From a virus: a stretch of DNA of 64,000 nt. Below, piece after piece: positions 1 to 9,229 of the stretch (position 1 is its first letter; each line of letters opens with the position of its first letter). The stretch covers positions 3,857-67,856 of IMG/VR virus record IMGVR_UViG_3300022602_000083. The stretch is one strand, 5' to 3'. The notes beneath the pieces are model-generated. The model saw only the letters and a program-made list of their open reading frames with translations, ran no database searches and was not told the DNA's origin. Both the position numbers and the translations under genes were made by a program.

Positions 1-40
1 GTCGTTTCGAACAGCACGTAGACGACGCAGAGGCAGAATA

Positions 41-523
41 ATGTCTTACACGCCTCGTCCTGGTGACTACGGCGTAGTAAAGACTAACGGCTTTATTGGC
101 GGCCTAATCAGACTAACTACAACAAGTAGATGGAATCATGCCGTTATCTATATCGGTGCGGGCTCAATAGTCGAAGCCAGACCTACTGGAGTTAAGTTTG
201 GCAAGGTAGATCAGTACCCTGTCATTGCTTGGAATAAGCATGAGGATAGCCTTACTGATGAAAAGCGCACAGAAATAGTAGATTACGCTGTCGCTCAAAT
301 AGGCAAGCCATATGGGTACCTAGATATTCTTGTGATCTTCCTACGTGCTTTTGGATTAAAGCTCCCACCGTCTAAGCTATGGGTATCCCTAGCTAGAGGG
401 CAAGGATTCATCTGTTCGGAGTTGGTATCAGAAGCCTACGAACATGCGAACTACAGTTTAAGTAAGAAGCCAGATGCCTTAGTGACACCTGGAGATCTAG
501 CGGAAAGGCTCATCTATCAGTGA
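41..523 (+). CDS. Permuted papain-like NlpC/P60 (YiiX/YebB-like) amidase
   Basis: His motif first (SRWNHAVIYIG), Cys motif later (FICSELV), plus GKPYGY and VTPGDL. Confidence 0.8.
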   Translation: MSYTPRPGDYGVVKTNGFIGGLIRLTTTSRWNHAVIYIGAGSIVEARPTGVKFGKVDQYPVIAWNKHEDSLTDEKRTEIVDYAVAQIGKPYGYLDILVIFLRAFGLKLPPSKLWVSLARGQGFICSELVSEAYEHANYSLSKKPDALVTPGDLAERLIYQ

Positions 524-951
524 CTGATGCACATAAGCAAGCTATGAATTTACACCTGGCTGTTTCTATCCCTGCCCATGAACCTCGTGAAACAGACCCA
601 CACTATCATTTATTTAACCAGGCTAAAGCTAGAATTAAGAAGCAAGGCCTATGGAAGTGCATAATTAATGATGACCTATGCTCTGGCGGCCCTGAGCTAC
701 ATCACAGCCATATTGAGTTCTCTCAAATCAACAATATGGACATGCATAAAGTTGAGCAGGCTTTTGGCTTACATTTTGAGACCGATGAAGAGTTTCAGCA
801 ATGGATTGAGTCTCCTGGTAACTTAGAAGTTCTATGTGAAGCTCACCACCGAACACGTTTTGGAATCCATGAGATCCCAGCACCTTTGTGGGAAACCTTT
901 AGATATAGGAAGACCGGCACGGATCCGGCAGCGGAGGTAGTGCATGAGTAG
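520..951 (+). CDS. HNH-like / Zn-binding protein
   Basis: C-x6-C...ELHH and NLEVLCEAHH resemble an HNH core. Confidence 0.5.
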   Translation: MTDAHKQAMNLHLAVSIPAHEPRETDPHYHLFNQAKARIKKQGLWKCIINDDLCSGGPELHHSHIEFSQINNMDMHKVEQAFGLHFETDEEFQQWIESPGNLEVLCEAHHRTRFGIHEIPAPLWETFRYRKTGTDPAAEVVHE

Positions 952-1816
952 CGGCTTAGATGTAGTAAACATTGCACAGAAGCAAGTAAACTTTTACGGT
1001 GGAACAACAGATAAAAATCCCTATGGGGATTGGTACGGTATCCCTAACCAACCATGGTGTGCCATGTTTGTTAGCTGGTGTTTTGCTCAAGCTGGCCTAT
1101 CGGCATTGGTAGCTGCTGAAACTGAAAAAGGATTCTCCTACTGCCCTGCAGGTCTTTCCTGGTTTCAAAAAAAGGGTGCAGTAGTTGATAAATATTCCGG
1201 TCAACCAGGAGACTTAGTATTCTTCTCTTGGGCAGGTAACGGCGTCCCAGATCACGTTGAGATTATTCAAGCAGCCTCCAAAGATGGCATAACTACCATC
1301 GGAGGTAATACTGGTCCTGAGCACATGACAAATGCCTCTCAGTATGACGGCCATGGTGTATATCAACGCCATCGTGCGTACCTATACGTGCTGGCCATTG
1401 TACGGCCTGCGTACCCTGATGCAGTTAAGCCGGCACAGAGCAAGGCTGTAAACAATAAAGCATTAGCTACAGGTGTAGCAGGAGTCACTGCTCTTGGTGG
1501 AGCTGGTGTAGCCGGTGTTCATAACACCACTTCAACCACTCCAACAACAAAGACAACTGTTATTGCTGCCCCACCGTTTCCAGGTAGCTCTACATTTAAA
1601 GTAGGGGCTAAGGGAACCGCTGAACTTATCGTAGCTAGAGCTTTAGCTAATGCTGGGCTTTTGCCTACTACCCTTGTATCTAATGTGCTCACCGCAGAAG
1701 AAATCGCACTTATACCGGTCTACCAAGCTAAATATCCTGCGCTTGCTACGGATAAAAAGAATAAAGTGTTGGGGCAAAGTACTTATACCTCTATGGTGGC
1801 AAAGGCAGGCTCATGA
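944..1816 (+). CDS. Endolysin with CHAP domain
   Basis: PWCAMFVSWC, GDLVFF, DHVEII and TIGGNT motifs; C-terminal possible peptidoglycan-binding region. Confidence 0.85.
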   Translation: MSSGLDVVNIAQKQVNFYGGTTDKNPYGDWYGIPNQPWCAMFVSWCFAQAGLSALVAAETEKGFSYCPAGLSWFQKKGAVVDKYSGQPGDLVFFSWAGNGVPDHVEIIQAASKDGITTIGGNTGPEHMTNASQYDGHGVYQRHRAYLYVLAIVRPAYPDAVKPAQSKAVNNKALATGVAGVTALGGAGVAGVHNTTSTTPTTKTTVIAAPPFPGSSTFKVGAKGTAELIVARALANAGLLPTTLVSNVLTAEEIALIPVYQAKYPALATDKKNKVLGQSTYTSMVAKAGS

Positions 1817-2142
1817 AGCTATTTCAAAAACTATCAGACTGGGCAGCCATATCTTTTGGCTCCCCCTGGTTCTTTCTATTTCATTTACTATGGTGGAGTG
1901 CCTGGGTAATAATCCCAATAGAAGCGTTTCCCTATGGGCTATTAACTCTCATAGTATCTTTGGAATCTATCCTACTTTCAGGATTGATCCTGAACGCTAC
2001 TAACCGTTCCGGAGATGAAGATAGGCGCATCATCATTAAGGATCTCAAGTTAGACCAAGAAACTCATAATCACATTGAAGAGCTACGTAGACATACCTCT
2101 CTTATAATGGATCACCTAGGCGTAGAAGACTCTCGCCCCTGA
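1813..2142 (+). CDS. DUF1003-like membrane protein
   Basis: FGSPWF...FPYGLLTLIVSLESI pattern, two hydrophobic helices. Confidence 0.65.
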   Translation: MKLFQKLSDWAAISFGSPWFFLFHLLWWSAWVIIPIEAFPYGLLTLIVSLESILLSGLILNATNRSGDEDRRIIIKDLKLDQETHNHIEELRRHTSLIMDHLGVEDSRP

Positions 2143-2160
2143 TTTGCACACGTAATACTA

Positions 2161-2180
2161 ATCGGATATACTAACGGTAG
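2161..2180 (+). promoter_or_regulatory. Conserved phage promoter motif
   Basis: ATCGGATATACTAACGGTAG with TATACT -10; near-identical copies elsewhere. Confidence 0.7.
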
Positions 2181-2189
2181 GAGATAAAG

Positions 2190-2420
2190 ATGATTAAGTT
2201 CAACTTTAAAAGTCCTGTGTCTATGGGAATTGCCAGTTCAGCTGCGTTTAGTGCGTGGGCTGCCTCTGGCTTTGCACCAGATGTAAAGCATGTTGGTTTA
2301 GCCTTATCTGCTGGTTTAGCGGGTACAGCTCAGCCAAAGTTTTCATCGTCTCAGCCTAACGTACAGGCTGAGTCCCATATTGTTACACCTTACGTAAACA
2401 ACGTAACACCTACAGAATAA
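2190..2420 (+). CDS. Small membrane protein, holin-like
   Basis: Two Ala/Gly-rich hydrophobic segments, lysis context, GGAG RBS. Confidence 0.45.
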   Translation: MIKFNFKSPVSMGIASSAAFSAWAASGFAPDVKHVGLALSAGLAGTAQPKFSSSQPNVQAESHIVTPYVNNVTPTE

Positions 2421-2429
2421 GGAACACAA

Positions 2430-2729
2430 ATGCATCTACCAAAGTCAGAAAAGCTACTCGTTGAGCACTATGTATACGCAACTGCTGCGTCAGCTGTAGC
2501 CATCTATCAAACAGGTAACCACCACATTAAGCACGTTCTATGGGCTGCAGTAGTTGGTGTTGTTGGTCCTCTTATCGCTAAGTTCAACCCTAAGGGTGTT
2601 GTAAATGATCTTGCTAAGAAGGAACATTTAGACTCTATCACAACAGCAGCTATCACAAACGTAGCTACTGTAGCTGTAGCGGATGCCCAAAAGGCAGTCG
2701 CAGCAGCCTCTGTGAACGCAGCTAAGTAA
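2430..2729 (+). CDS. Holin-like protein
   Basis: Two hydrophobic segments ending GPLIAKFNPK, lysis context. Confidence 0.5.
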   Translation: MHLPKSEKLLVEHYVYATAASAVAIYQTGNHHIKHVLWAAVVGVVGPLIAKFNPKGVVNDLAKKEHLDSITTAAITNVATVAVADAQKAVAAASVNAAK

Positions 2730-2743
2730 ACTAATTAGATCGG

Positions 2744-2770
2744 AAGCCGGGGGATTACACCCCCGGTTTT
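2744..2770 (+). terminator. Intrinsic terminator
   Basis: AAGCCGGGG-loop-CCCCGGTTTT. Confidence 0.75.
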
Positions 2771-2777
2771 CGCATTT

Positions 2778-2795
2778 ACGGGTATACTAACGGTG
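2778..2795 (+). promoter_or_regulatory. Conserved phage promoter motif
   Basis: ACGGGTATACTAACGGTG directly after the terminator. Confidence 0.65.
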
Positions 2796-2809
2796 TCTAA
2801 GGAGTAAAT

Positions 2810-3352
2810 ATGCCAGAGTCGCATCAAAATTGGCAGTACCTCGGTGCTAGCGGATTTGTTGGAGCGTACACCACTACAGGTGGTGGCGGTACTCCTGTTG
2901 TGCCACGAAGTGAAATGGATTTCCTTCGTATCGGTGTTGGCCGTGCTCCTCAAGCCGAATATCCAGACGGTTACCTAGGAACGATTCGTTCTCGTCGTGA
3001 TGATAAGGGAAAGCCTTATGCAGTCTCCGACACTATTCTTGACTCTCTTAAGAATCGCCAGAATCAAAGAGCTTACCAACGTGGTGTTCACCGTGGTGAG
3101 CGTATTGATCCGGCCCAATATCTTTGGCCAGAAAATCTACAACCAGATCGCAGAGTAAAAGCAAAGCCTCAGCTTGTAGATAATGATGGCTCACTAACTA
3201 TGGACATGAAGAAGAACGCTCCTGCTATGTCTCTTGCTCCAGCACCTCATCTTGTTAATGATGGTAAGTCAAACATATCCGCAAATGTGCCTGCAGAGTT
3301 TAACCCTCGCACTGCAGATACATTCTCTCATTTGAAACCTAGGTGGGCATAA
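2810..3352 (+). CDS. Hypothetical phage protein
   Basis: 180 aa ORF with AAGGAG RBS. Confidence 0.7.
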   Translation: MPESHQNWQYLGASGFVGAYTTTGGGGTPVVPRSEMDFLRIGVGRAPQAEYPDGYLGTIRSRRDDKGKPYAVSDTILDSLKNRQNQRAYQRGVHRGERIDPAQYLWPENLQPDRRVKAKPQLVDNDGSLTMDMKKNAPAMSLAPAPHLVNDGKSNISANVPAEFNPRTADTFSHLKPRWA

Positions 3353-4008
3353 TGTCTTGGAACCCAACAGAGTCAGAACGTTCAGAGCATGGAGTTCGTC
3401 CAGACGCACGCTTTCCTGCACAACCTATTAAGAGCTACCAAGGTGCTGGTGCACCCTTGGATAAAGAAGGCATTCCTTTTCTAAGTGCTAACGGTATTGA
3501 TAGTTCACATGGTACGACTATGGGTCAGATCATAGGTAGAAGTTCCGGTAATGCTAAGCGTGTTGCTTGGGAAACTGATGCTCCTCAGTATATTGAGCGT
3601 CGTGGTCAATCACAAAGAGTTTGGTACAGCCTAGGAGAAGTAAAGAACTGGGTAGGAAGTAAAAGAGCTGCAGGTAGTTCCCCTGAACAAAAAGCTCAAA
3701 ATGAATCTCAATGGGGTCCATGGCACAACCATCTTACAAAACTTCATGAAGGTTTAACAGCCGCTAATGAGGTAAAGCGTAAGAATGGTGAGCCTGTAGG
3801 CGATTACTATAATCAAACACATAGAGATCATAAGAACATTCATCTTCGTATGGAAGAGGCGCCTGGCGGTCGTCCTAACGTATCAGATAGCGAAGATAGT
3901 CCTCAAGGTATTCAGGTAGATGCCCCTAGACCAGGTGCACGCCCAGATCTTAATAAGGCAAGACTTCACGGTTTCGTTAATCCTTCTCGTGCTCCTAAGG
4001 AGATGTAA
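3352..4008 (+). CDS. Hypothetical hydrophilic protein
   Basis: TAATG coupling at both ends. Confidence 0.65.
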   Translation: MSWNPTESERSEHGVRPDARFPAQPIKSYQGAGAPLDKEGIPFLSANGIDSSHGTTMGQIIGRSSGNAKRVAWETDAPQYIERRGQSQRVWYSLGEVKNWVGSKRAAGSSPEQKAQNESQWGPWHNHLTKLHEGLTAANEVKRKNGEPVGDYYNQTHRDHKNIHLRMEEAPGGRPNVSDSEDSPQGIQVDAPRPGARPDLNKARLHGFVNPSRAPKEM

Positions 4009-4367
4009 TGGGACAAGATAGCGTCTATGATCATACCAAGGGTCGTCCTATTGTAGCTGAAGAGCCAGAACCATCACTTCTTCGTTATGATTATATGGGT
4101 CCTTTTGCATCAATGCAAGAAGGTCTTATGACTAGAGCACTTTACTCTGTAACTATGCCTGGAGCATTGCTGCAGGATATTGTTCGCCCACCTCTCCCAC
4201 AAGTTAATCTTTTCCCTCCACGCTACGGCTACCGTACTCGTGAGCTAGGTATCTTTGACGTCATGGATGTTAACGAGGCCTATGATGAGCCACGTCGTGT
4301 TGATTATACTCGTGACCCTGCAGGCTATCAAGGTACTGCTCGCAACATGAGCGAAGGCATTTGGTAA
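4008..4367 (+). CDS. Hypothetical protein
   Basis: Coupled ORF with AAGGAG RBS. Confidence 0.65.
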   Translation: MGQDSVYDHTKGRPIVAEEPEPSLLRYDYMGPFASMQEGLMTRALYSVTMPGALLQDIVRPPLPQVNLFPPRYGYRTRELGIFDVMDVNEAYDEPRRVDYTRDPAGYQGTARNMSEGIW

Positions 4368-4491
4368 TGGAGAAACAACCGATCTATCAACGTGTCCTGG
4401 ATACTCGCCAGTCCTCAGTTAGTGGTATAGTGTTTGAGTACCGAGGTACCAGTAGAAAAGGCGAACTTAAAAAGGGCATGGAGGAAGCTAA

Positions 4492-4665
4492 GTGAGCGAC
4501 CATACCTTTACCGATACAGTTTATATGGGCAGCAAAGAGTGCAGCCGTTGCGGTGCAATCATGGATCCTTTACAGGTCATGTATAGCCATAATGGTGCTA
4601 CTTGCCCTAATTGTCGCAATGCTAAGATGGAAAGCCATGTTAGACAAGGAATGAGTGAGAAATGA
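4492..4665 (+). CDS. Small Zn-ribbon protein (not in ORF track)
   Basis: GTG start after GGAGG; CSRC...CPNC. Confidence 0.6.
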   Translation: MSDHTFTDTVYMGSKECSRCGAIMDPLQVMYSHNGATCPNCRNAKMESHVRQGMSEK

Positions 4666-4850
4666 AATCTAAAGTTAAAGGCCCAGACGGCGAAGATATG
4701 AAGGGCTACAAAGTGAAGCAGCTTAAAGTTCTAACTCCAGCTGATGCAGCTAAAGCTAAGATGGCTAAAGACACTCTTAAATCCAAGAAGGATGCTCCCG
4801 CTCTCAAGAAGGCGCATGCTGACACAAAGAAGAAGACTGATCGCAAGTGA
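4662..4850 (+). CDS. Small Lys-rich protein
   Basis: ATGA overlap, very basic. Confidence 0.6.
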   Translation: MKSKVKGPDGEDMKGYKVKQLKVLTPADAAKAKMAKDTLKSKKDAPALKKAHADTKKKTDRK

Positions 4851-5059
4851 ACACCAATCCAGCTTTCAGAGATATTGCTGAGGCAGCTCAAAGCAGAAAC
4901 CTTATGGACATAGGTAACCCTAACTTCCCTAATCCAAGAGGTGCAAATCCTGCTTATACGGTGGCTCCGCCTGTGGAGTCCACAAGAAATGTAATGATTG
5001 AGGACCCATCAGTACATGGAAATGGTAGTATTTCATCTAGTAATTATTTGACCAACTAG
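4847..5059 (+). CDS. Hypothetical protein
   Basis: GTGA overlap. Confidence 0.5.
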   Translation: MNTNPAFRDIAEAAQSRNLMDIGNPNFPNPRGANPAYTVAPPVESTRNVMIEDPSVHGNGSISSSNYLTN

Positions 5060-5068
5060 GAGTAAAAA

Positions 5069-5245
5069 ATGATGCCTATTAGACCTCGTAAGAAGGTAGA
5101 AGCATTCCGTGCAAAGGAGTGGTCACCTGATGCTGGTAAGGGCCATGTTAAGGTAAAGCACAACAACCCGCCATCAAGTCCTCAACAAGGTCATGAGCGT
5201 TTTATCGCTGATGGTCGTACAGGGATCCAAAAAGGAGAAATGTAA
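5069..5245 (+). CDS. Small basic protein (not in ORF track)
   Basis: AGGAG RBS, 58 aa, TAATG coupling to next gene. Confidence 0.55.
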   Translation: MMPIRPRKKVEAFRAKEWSPDAGKGHVKVKHNNPPSSPQQGHERFIADGRTGIQKGEM

Positions 5246-5526
5246 TGGCTGTTAACAATTCACGTTCACTCACAGGTGGGCTAACAGAGGGATCAACAGA
5301 CGGTAAATACCGTAAGATTCGTCCTAACACAGAAGTTGCCCCAGGCACCGGCGAAGATATTACTCTCGCTAACCGTCGTGGACTTCATCCTTATTGGAAC
5401 TATGATTTTATTGACCAAGAAGCTTCTTCAATGGTCGCACCTACAGATACAAAGAGCTCAGTAAAGCCTCGCTCGCCAATGCCAGTAGCAGACACCTTTA
5501 ATAATCAAATGGGCGCTAACTACTAG
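5245..5526 (+). CDS. Hypothetical protein
   Basis: AAGGAG RBS, coupled ORF. Confidence 0.65.
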   Translation: MAVNNSRSLTGGLTEGSTDGKYRKIRPNTEVAPGTGEDITLANRRGLHPYWNYDFIDQEASSMVAPTDTKSSVKPRSPMPVADTFNNQMGANY

Positions 5527-5527
5527 T

Positions 5528-5875
5528 ATGGAAGAGACACCAGACAATGTAGTCAAGTTTCCTATGACTAACGCTATGCGTGTTCGTCGTAAGGTAAACA
5601 GCACTAAAGACTCCTTGCTTGGTAAGCAACAAGTTACGTATAGCAAAGCTTGGTCGGAACCCACAGCTCCTGTAGAAGGGGCTTTGGATAACCATATTCA
5701 TAATGCTATTGCTGATTCCGGTATGAGCTTTGGCCGTAACAATGCAGACTTTGAGTCTGGACAACACGAAGCCAAGATTCTTTCTATTGGTGCACATAAG
5801 CTTAAAAAGAACATGTCGGCAGGAGATGCTTCCGTTGATCGTATGATCAATATGTCTGATCCAACTAAGGACTAG
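5528..5875 (+). CDS. Hypothetical protein
   Basis: ORF contiguous with the operon. Confidence 0.6.
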   Translation: MEETPDNVVKFPMTNAMRVRRKVNSTKDSLLGKQQVTYSKAWSEPTAPVEGALDNHIHNAIADSGMSFGRNNADFESGQHEAKILSIGAHKLKKNMSAGDASVDRMINMSDPTKD

Positions 5876-6014
5876 TAATGGTCTATGAACGTAGGCAGCA
5901 AAAAGCTATCATTCCCCTTAATAGGGATAAAGAATTTCGTACAGGGTTGCTCCCCTCTCCTGAACTTATGGAGATGGTAGAAAACCCAGGGGTTACACCG
6001 AGTGGAGAACATTA

Positions 6015-6665
6015 ATGGCTGGTTTTGAAGACGTACAGGGCACTGGTAAAGCAGCAAAAAAGGCCGGATTCAAAGATACTAGCTCAGTTGATAACGGTGT
6101 GTTTAGAGGAGTAGAGGATGTAGTCTCTCCTGAAAATAAGAAGACGAACACCGGTAAGACTGTAACCTGTGCTAAGGATAGCAATAGGGCTATTGTTCGT
6201 GTTAACTTTACCAGTCATCATAAGTTTACCGGGGATACTAACCTATGTCAAAGACATTGGGAACAAGAAAAGCATGATACCTCTACTTATGAGCCTGGCC
6301 CATACTGGTTAAAGGGTGGTGCTGATGAGGCTAACCAAATCCGTACAGAAGATCGCATTCGTCGTACAGAGGGCAGAAATGCCGCATCTAAAGCTCATTT
6401 TGAAGCTACAGGTGAGCACATACCTGTTAGCACTCCAGGTCGCCCATATACCAGTGAGCAAGAGAAGTTTGATAAAGAAAACCCAAACCCTGTACAAGAT
6501 GTAGTTGAGGGCAAGGCCCGTGAGGGTGGTCGCACTAAGCTCAGGCCTATTATGCATCCTAAAGAAGATCTTACAGCCAATATGCATCAGGCTGCTGCTG
6601 AGTACCAGGATTCGTATGGCGATGAAGAAGAGTACGAGAACCATTTAAAGGATTTGATGTCCTAG
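6015..6665 (+). CDS. Hypothetical charged protein
   Basis: GGAG RBS, 216 aa, acidic C-terminus. Confidence 0.65.
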   Translation: MAGFEDVQGTGKAAKKAGFKDTSSVDNGVFRGVEDVVSPENKKTNTGKTVTCAKDSNRAIVRVNFTSHHKFTGDTNLCQRHWEQEKHDTSTYEPGPYWLKGGADEANQIRTEDRIRRTEGRNAASKAHFEATGEHIPVSTPGRPYTSEQEKFDKENPNPVQDVVEGKAREGGRTKLRPIMHPKEDLTANMHQAAAEYQDSYGDEEEYENHLKDLMS

Positions 6666-6670
6666 GTTTT

Positions 6671-6690
6671 ATCGGCTATACTAAGGGTAG
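6671..6690 (+). promoter_or_regulatory. Conserved phage promoter motif
   Basis: ATCGGCTATACTAAGGGTAG. Confidence 0.7.
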
Positions 6691-6704
6691 ATGAAGGAGG
6701 CGAA

Positions 6705-7289
6705 ATGGGAGTACCTATTTTAGGCGGTGGAGCTAACCCCGCTGACCAGGGCAAGACTTGGACGAACATTAAGGACGATGGTCCGTATATCCGTTTGCTC
6801 TATTGCTATAACTGTAGAACTATTGAAGAACTGCCTGATTTTGAAGGCCACCCAGATGACGATGTCTTGTTGCAGGTCATGATTGAAAAGCATGAGTCTG
6901 CCGGCATTCCGCATAGCGGTTTCCTATCTAAGATCGGTATTAAGACATACTCACGTCCTGAGGTACGTAAACAAGTTATCGAAAACTTGCGGGATAAGGT
7001 CGGTGGCGGACTAGCTGATATTGATCCAGACTACTACACCACCAAAGCCACTTTCTATGATGATGCTATGAAGTGCTTTAACCTTCATTTACGTCCAGTA
7101 GAAGGCTGCTATGACTGGAAGACTAAGAACAAGCGTCTAGTTCCTAAGGGCACAGATGAGCTTCGTAAAGAAATTGGTCTAGAAAGTGCAGCCAAGTCAG
7201 CTAGTACCACAGTGTATCTATGCGACTTCTGCCCAGCTAAAACCTTTGTAGTTGAACAAAACCGTAAAAAAGCCGGACTATACGAATAG
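6705..7289 (+). CDS. Cys-rich metal-binding phage protein
   Basis: CYNC, C-x10-C and CDFC motifs; AAGGAGG RBS. Confidence 0.7.
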   Translation: MGVPILGGGANPADQGKTWTNIKDDGPYIRLLYCYNCRTIEELPDFEGHPDDDVLLQVMIEKHESAGIPHSGFLSKIGIKTYSRPEVRKQVIENLRDKVGGGLADIDPDYYTTKATFYDDAMKCFNLHLRPVEGCYDWKTKNKRLVPKGTDELRKEIGLESAAKSASTTVYLCDFCPAKTFVVEQNRKKAGLYE

Positions 7290-7298
7290 GAATATAAC

Positions 7299-7577
7299 AT
7301 GACTGACGAAACAACCACACCAGACGCAACTACTACTCCTGATGCACCCGCAGTACCTAATATTAAGTTTGGCTACGCAGTATTTGTAACAGATAATGGC
7401 GATGTATACGTAGAGCGCGATACCGCAGCCTTCTCTATTCCAGTAGAACGTCAGGCTACATTGCTTGAAGTTCGTCGCTATACCTCTGAAATCCTAATGG
7501 ATCTTCAGGCTCAATCGGCTGCCGAGTACGTCTCAATTAAGCTCGCTGCACAGGAAGCTACACCACCTAGCGCATAA
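7299..7577 (+). CDS. Hypothetical protein
   Basis: ORF with RBS. Confidence 0.65.
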   Translation: MTDETTTPDATTTPDAPAVPNIKFGYAVFVTDNGDVYVERDTAAFSIPVERQATLLEVRRYTSEILMDLQAQSAAEYVSIKLAAQEATPPSA

Positions 7578-7601
7578 TTATTTCCACCAAGCCATGACGT
7601 A

Positions 7602-8549
7602 ATGACGATGAGGGTGGAGAATATGCTTATGGACTATGGAGACTTTTCAGGAGATGCCCCGGTAATTATGCCGGGGTCTACGTCCTATTTCAGTGCACCA
7701 TCAACCGAGCTTGATCCAAATCTATTTCAGGGTGAGGGTCTAAAAGACTGGGTGAGAAGTGGCATACTTTCTATGCTCTTTGAGTACCTTAGTCAGAACT
7801 TCTCTGCCCCAGAGTCATGGACTCATGTGTGGCTTGCAGGATCCGGCGTCTCATATCAATGGGCTGCTGCTAGAGATCCAGGCGATCTTGATTGCCTAGT
7901 TGGAATTAACTATATCTCATTCAGAGAAAAGAACCAAGAGTTCAAATCATTCTCTGATCAAGAGATCGCTAAGACTCTTAACGAAGGTTTCAATGCTGAG
8001 CTTATGCCTAAAACCCGTAACTGGGAAGGTTATGAACTTACTTACTATGTGAATCCACAATCTGATATTCGGGATATCAACCCGTATGCAGCATATGATC
8101 TTACTAGAGATAGTTGGACAGTGCGACCAGATCGTAGCCCACAACCTCCTTATAGCCGTGCATGGGAGAATCACGTTCAGCGTGACCATGACAACGCTGT
8201 AGAGATGGTGAAGCGTTACACAGAGGCACTTAACGAAGTACGTAACTCAAGCAACCCTGCGTATAAGATCAACGCAGAGCGTAAGCTAAAGCTAGCTACA
8301 GAACAAGCTGTGGCCTTCTATGATGACATACACCAAAGTCGTCACATTGCATTCAGTAAGATCGGAAGTGGTTATGCAGACTATAACAACTACCGCTGGC
8401 AGGCTGGAAAGCGTTCCGGTGCTATCCAGGCCTTGAGATCAATTAAGGATACTCAGACTGCCTATGAATCCGGAAAGCAGAAAGAAATCTATGGTATGGA
8501 ATTACCTACCACTGACACCTTGATTAGGAGAGCAATTCGTGGCCAATAA
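7602..8549 (+). CDS. Pol-beta superfamily nucleotidyltransferase
   Basis: WLAGSG...GDLDCLV (GS plus DxD); true start may be a few codons downstream. Confidence 0.75.
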   Translation: MTMRVENMLMDYGDFSGDAPVIMPGSTSYFSAPSTELDPNLFQGEGLKDWVRSGILSMLFEYLSQNFSAPESWTHVWLAGSGVSYQWAAARDPGDLDCLVGINYISFREKNQEFKSFSDQEIAKTLNEGFNAELMPKTRNWEGYELTYYVNPQSDIRDINPYAAYDLTRDSWTVRPDRSPQPPYSRAWENHVQRDHDNAVEMVKRYTEALNEVRNSSNPAYKINAERKLKLATEQAVAFYDDIHQSRHIAFSKIGSGYADYNNYRWQAGKRSGAIQALRSIKDTQTAYESGKQKEIYGMELPTTDTLIRRAIRGQ

Positions 8550-8649
8550 AGAGCAAAAAGGCAATTCTAACGATAAGAAAGAGGCCAAGATGAGCCTCAA
8601 AGAGAAGCGTGAAGCTAAGAAGTCGAAGAGCGAAAACAAGTATAAGTAA
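8539..8649 (+). CDS. 36 aa Lys/Glu-rich peptide (not in ORF track)
   Basis: GTG start after AGGAG; ANKEQKGNSNDKKEAKMSLKEKREAKK. Confidence 0.55.
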   Translation: MANKEQKGNSNDKKEAKMSLKEKREAKKSKSENKYK

Positions 8650-8662
8650 CTATACTTAGGGC

Positions 8663-8761
8663 ATGGATAACTATCAGTGCCAGCTGTGTGATAAGAAATA
8701 CGTAGTACCTTCGCTTGCACGACATTGTGAACAGAAGCATTTGGCTAATGAAAAGGAATAA
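8663..8761 (+). CDS. 32 aa leaderless Zn-finger peptide (not in ORF track)
   Basis: TATACT-N6-ATG; YQCQLC...RHCEQKH. Confidence 0.55.
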   Translation: MDNYQCQLCDKKYVVPSLARHCEQKHLANEKE

Positions 8762-8764
8762 CAT

Positions 8765-9229
8765 ATGGCTACCGCATTGGTGTCTCTAGAAGGCGTATTA
8801 ATGACAGAGGTCGGGGATCCAATCCCAGATGGCGTCCGTCTATTTCGTGTATTAGCAGAGCACTATCGTGTTGTCATTACCTCCGATATGTCACAAGCAA
8901 AAACTGAGCACTGGCTCCGTGGCAATATGATCTTTGGCTATGGAGATGTCTATGATGATAGGTACTTCTTTGAAGGAACACCTCTAAGACTTCGCCAGCT
9001 TGATTATGCTATGGCTCAAGGTCGTGTAGAGCTCTTTGTAGATGCAGATGCCGATTATTGTGCGGAGGCTCTTGCTAAGGGCGTACCGGCTATTATGTTT
9101 GCACACCCTAAGTTCGTAAGAAGCAAGCGTCCAGTAAAGCAGTGGGATGCTCTAAGCGCCGAGGTTGAACGTCAGCGCCTAGCCCTTCTTGATGCTCATC
9201 TAGGCAGCAGAACTAATAGGTTCGAATGA
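8765..9229 (+). CDS. HAD-fold protein with degenerate motif I
   Basis: LVSLEGVL in place of DxDGxL; PIPDG, VVITS and LFVDAD motifs. Confidence 0.6.
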   Translation: MATALVSLEGVLMTEVGDPIPDGVRLFRVLAEHYRVVITSDMSQAKTEHWLRGNMIFGYGDVYDDRYFFEGTPLRLRQLDYAMAQGRVELFVDADADYCAEALAKGVPAIMFAHPKFVRSKRPVKQWDALSAEVERQRLALLDAHLGSRTNRFE

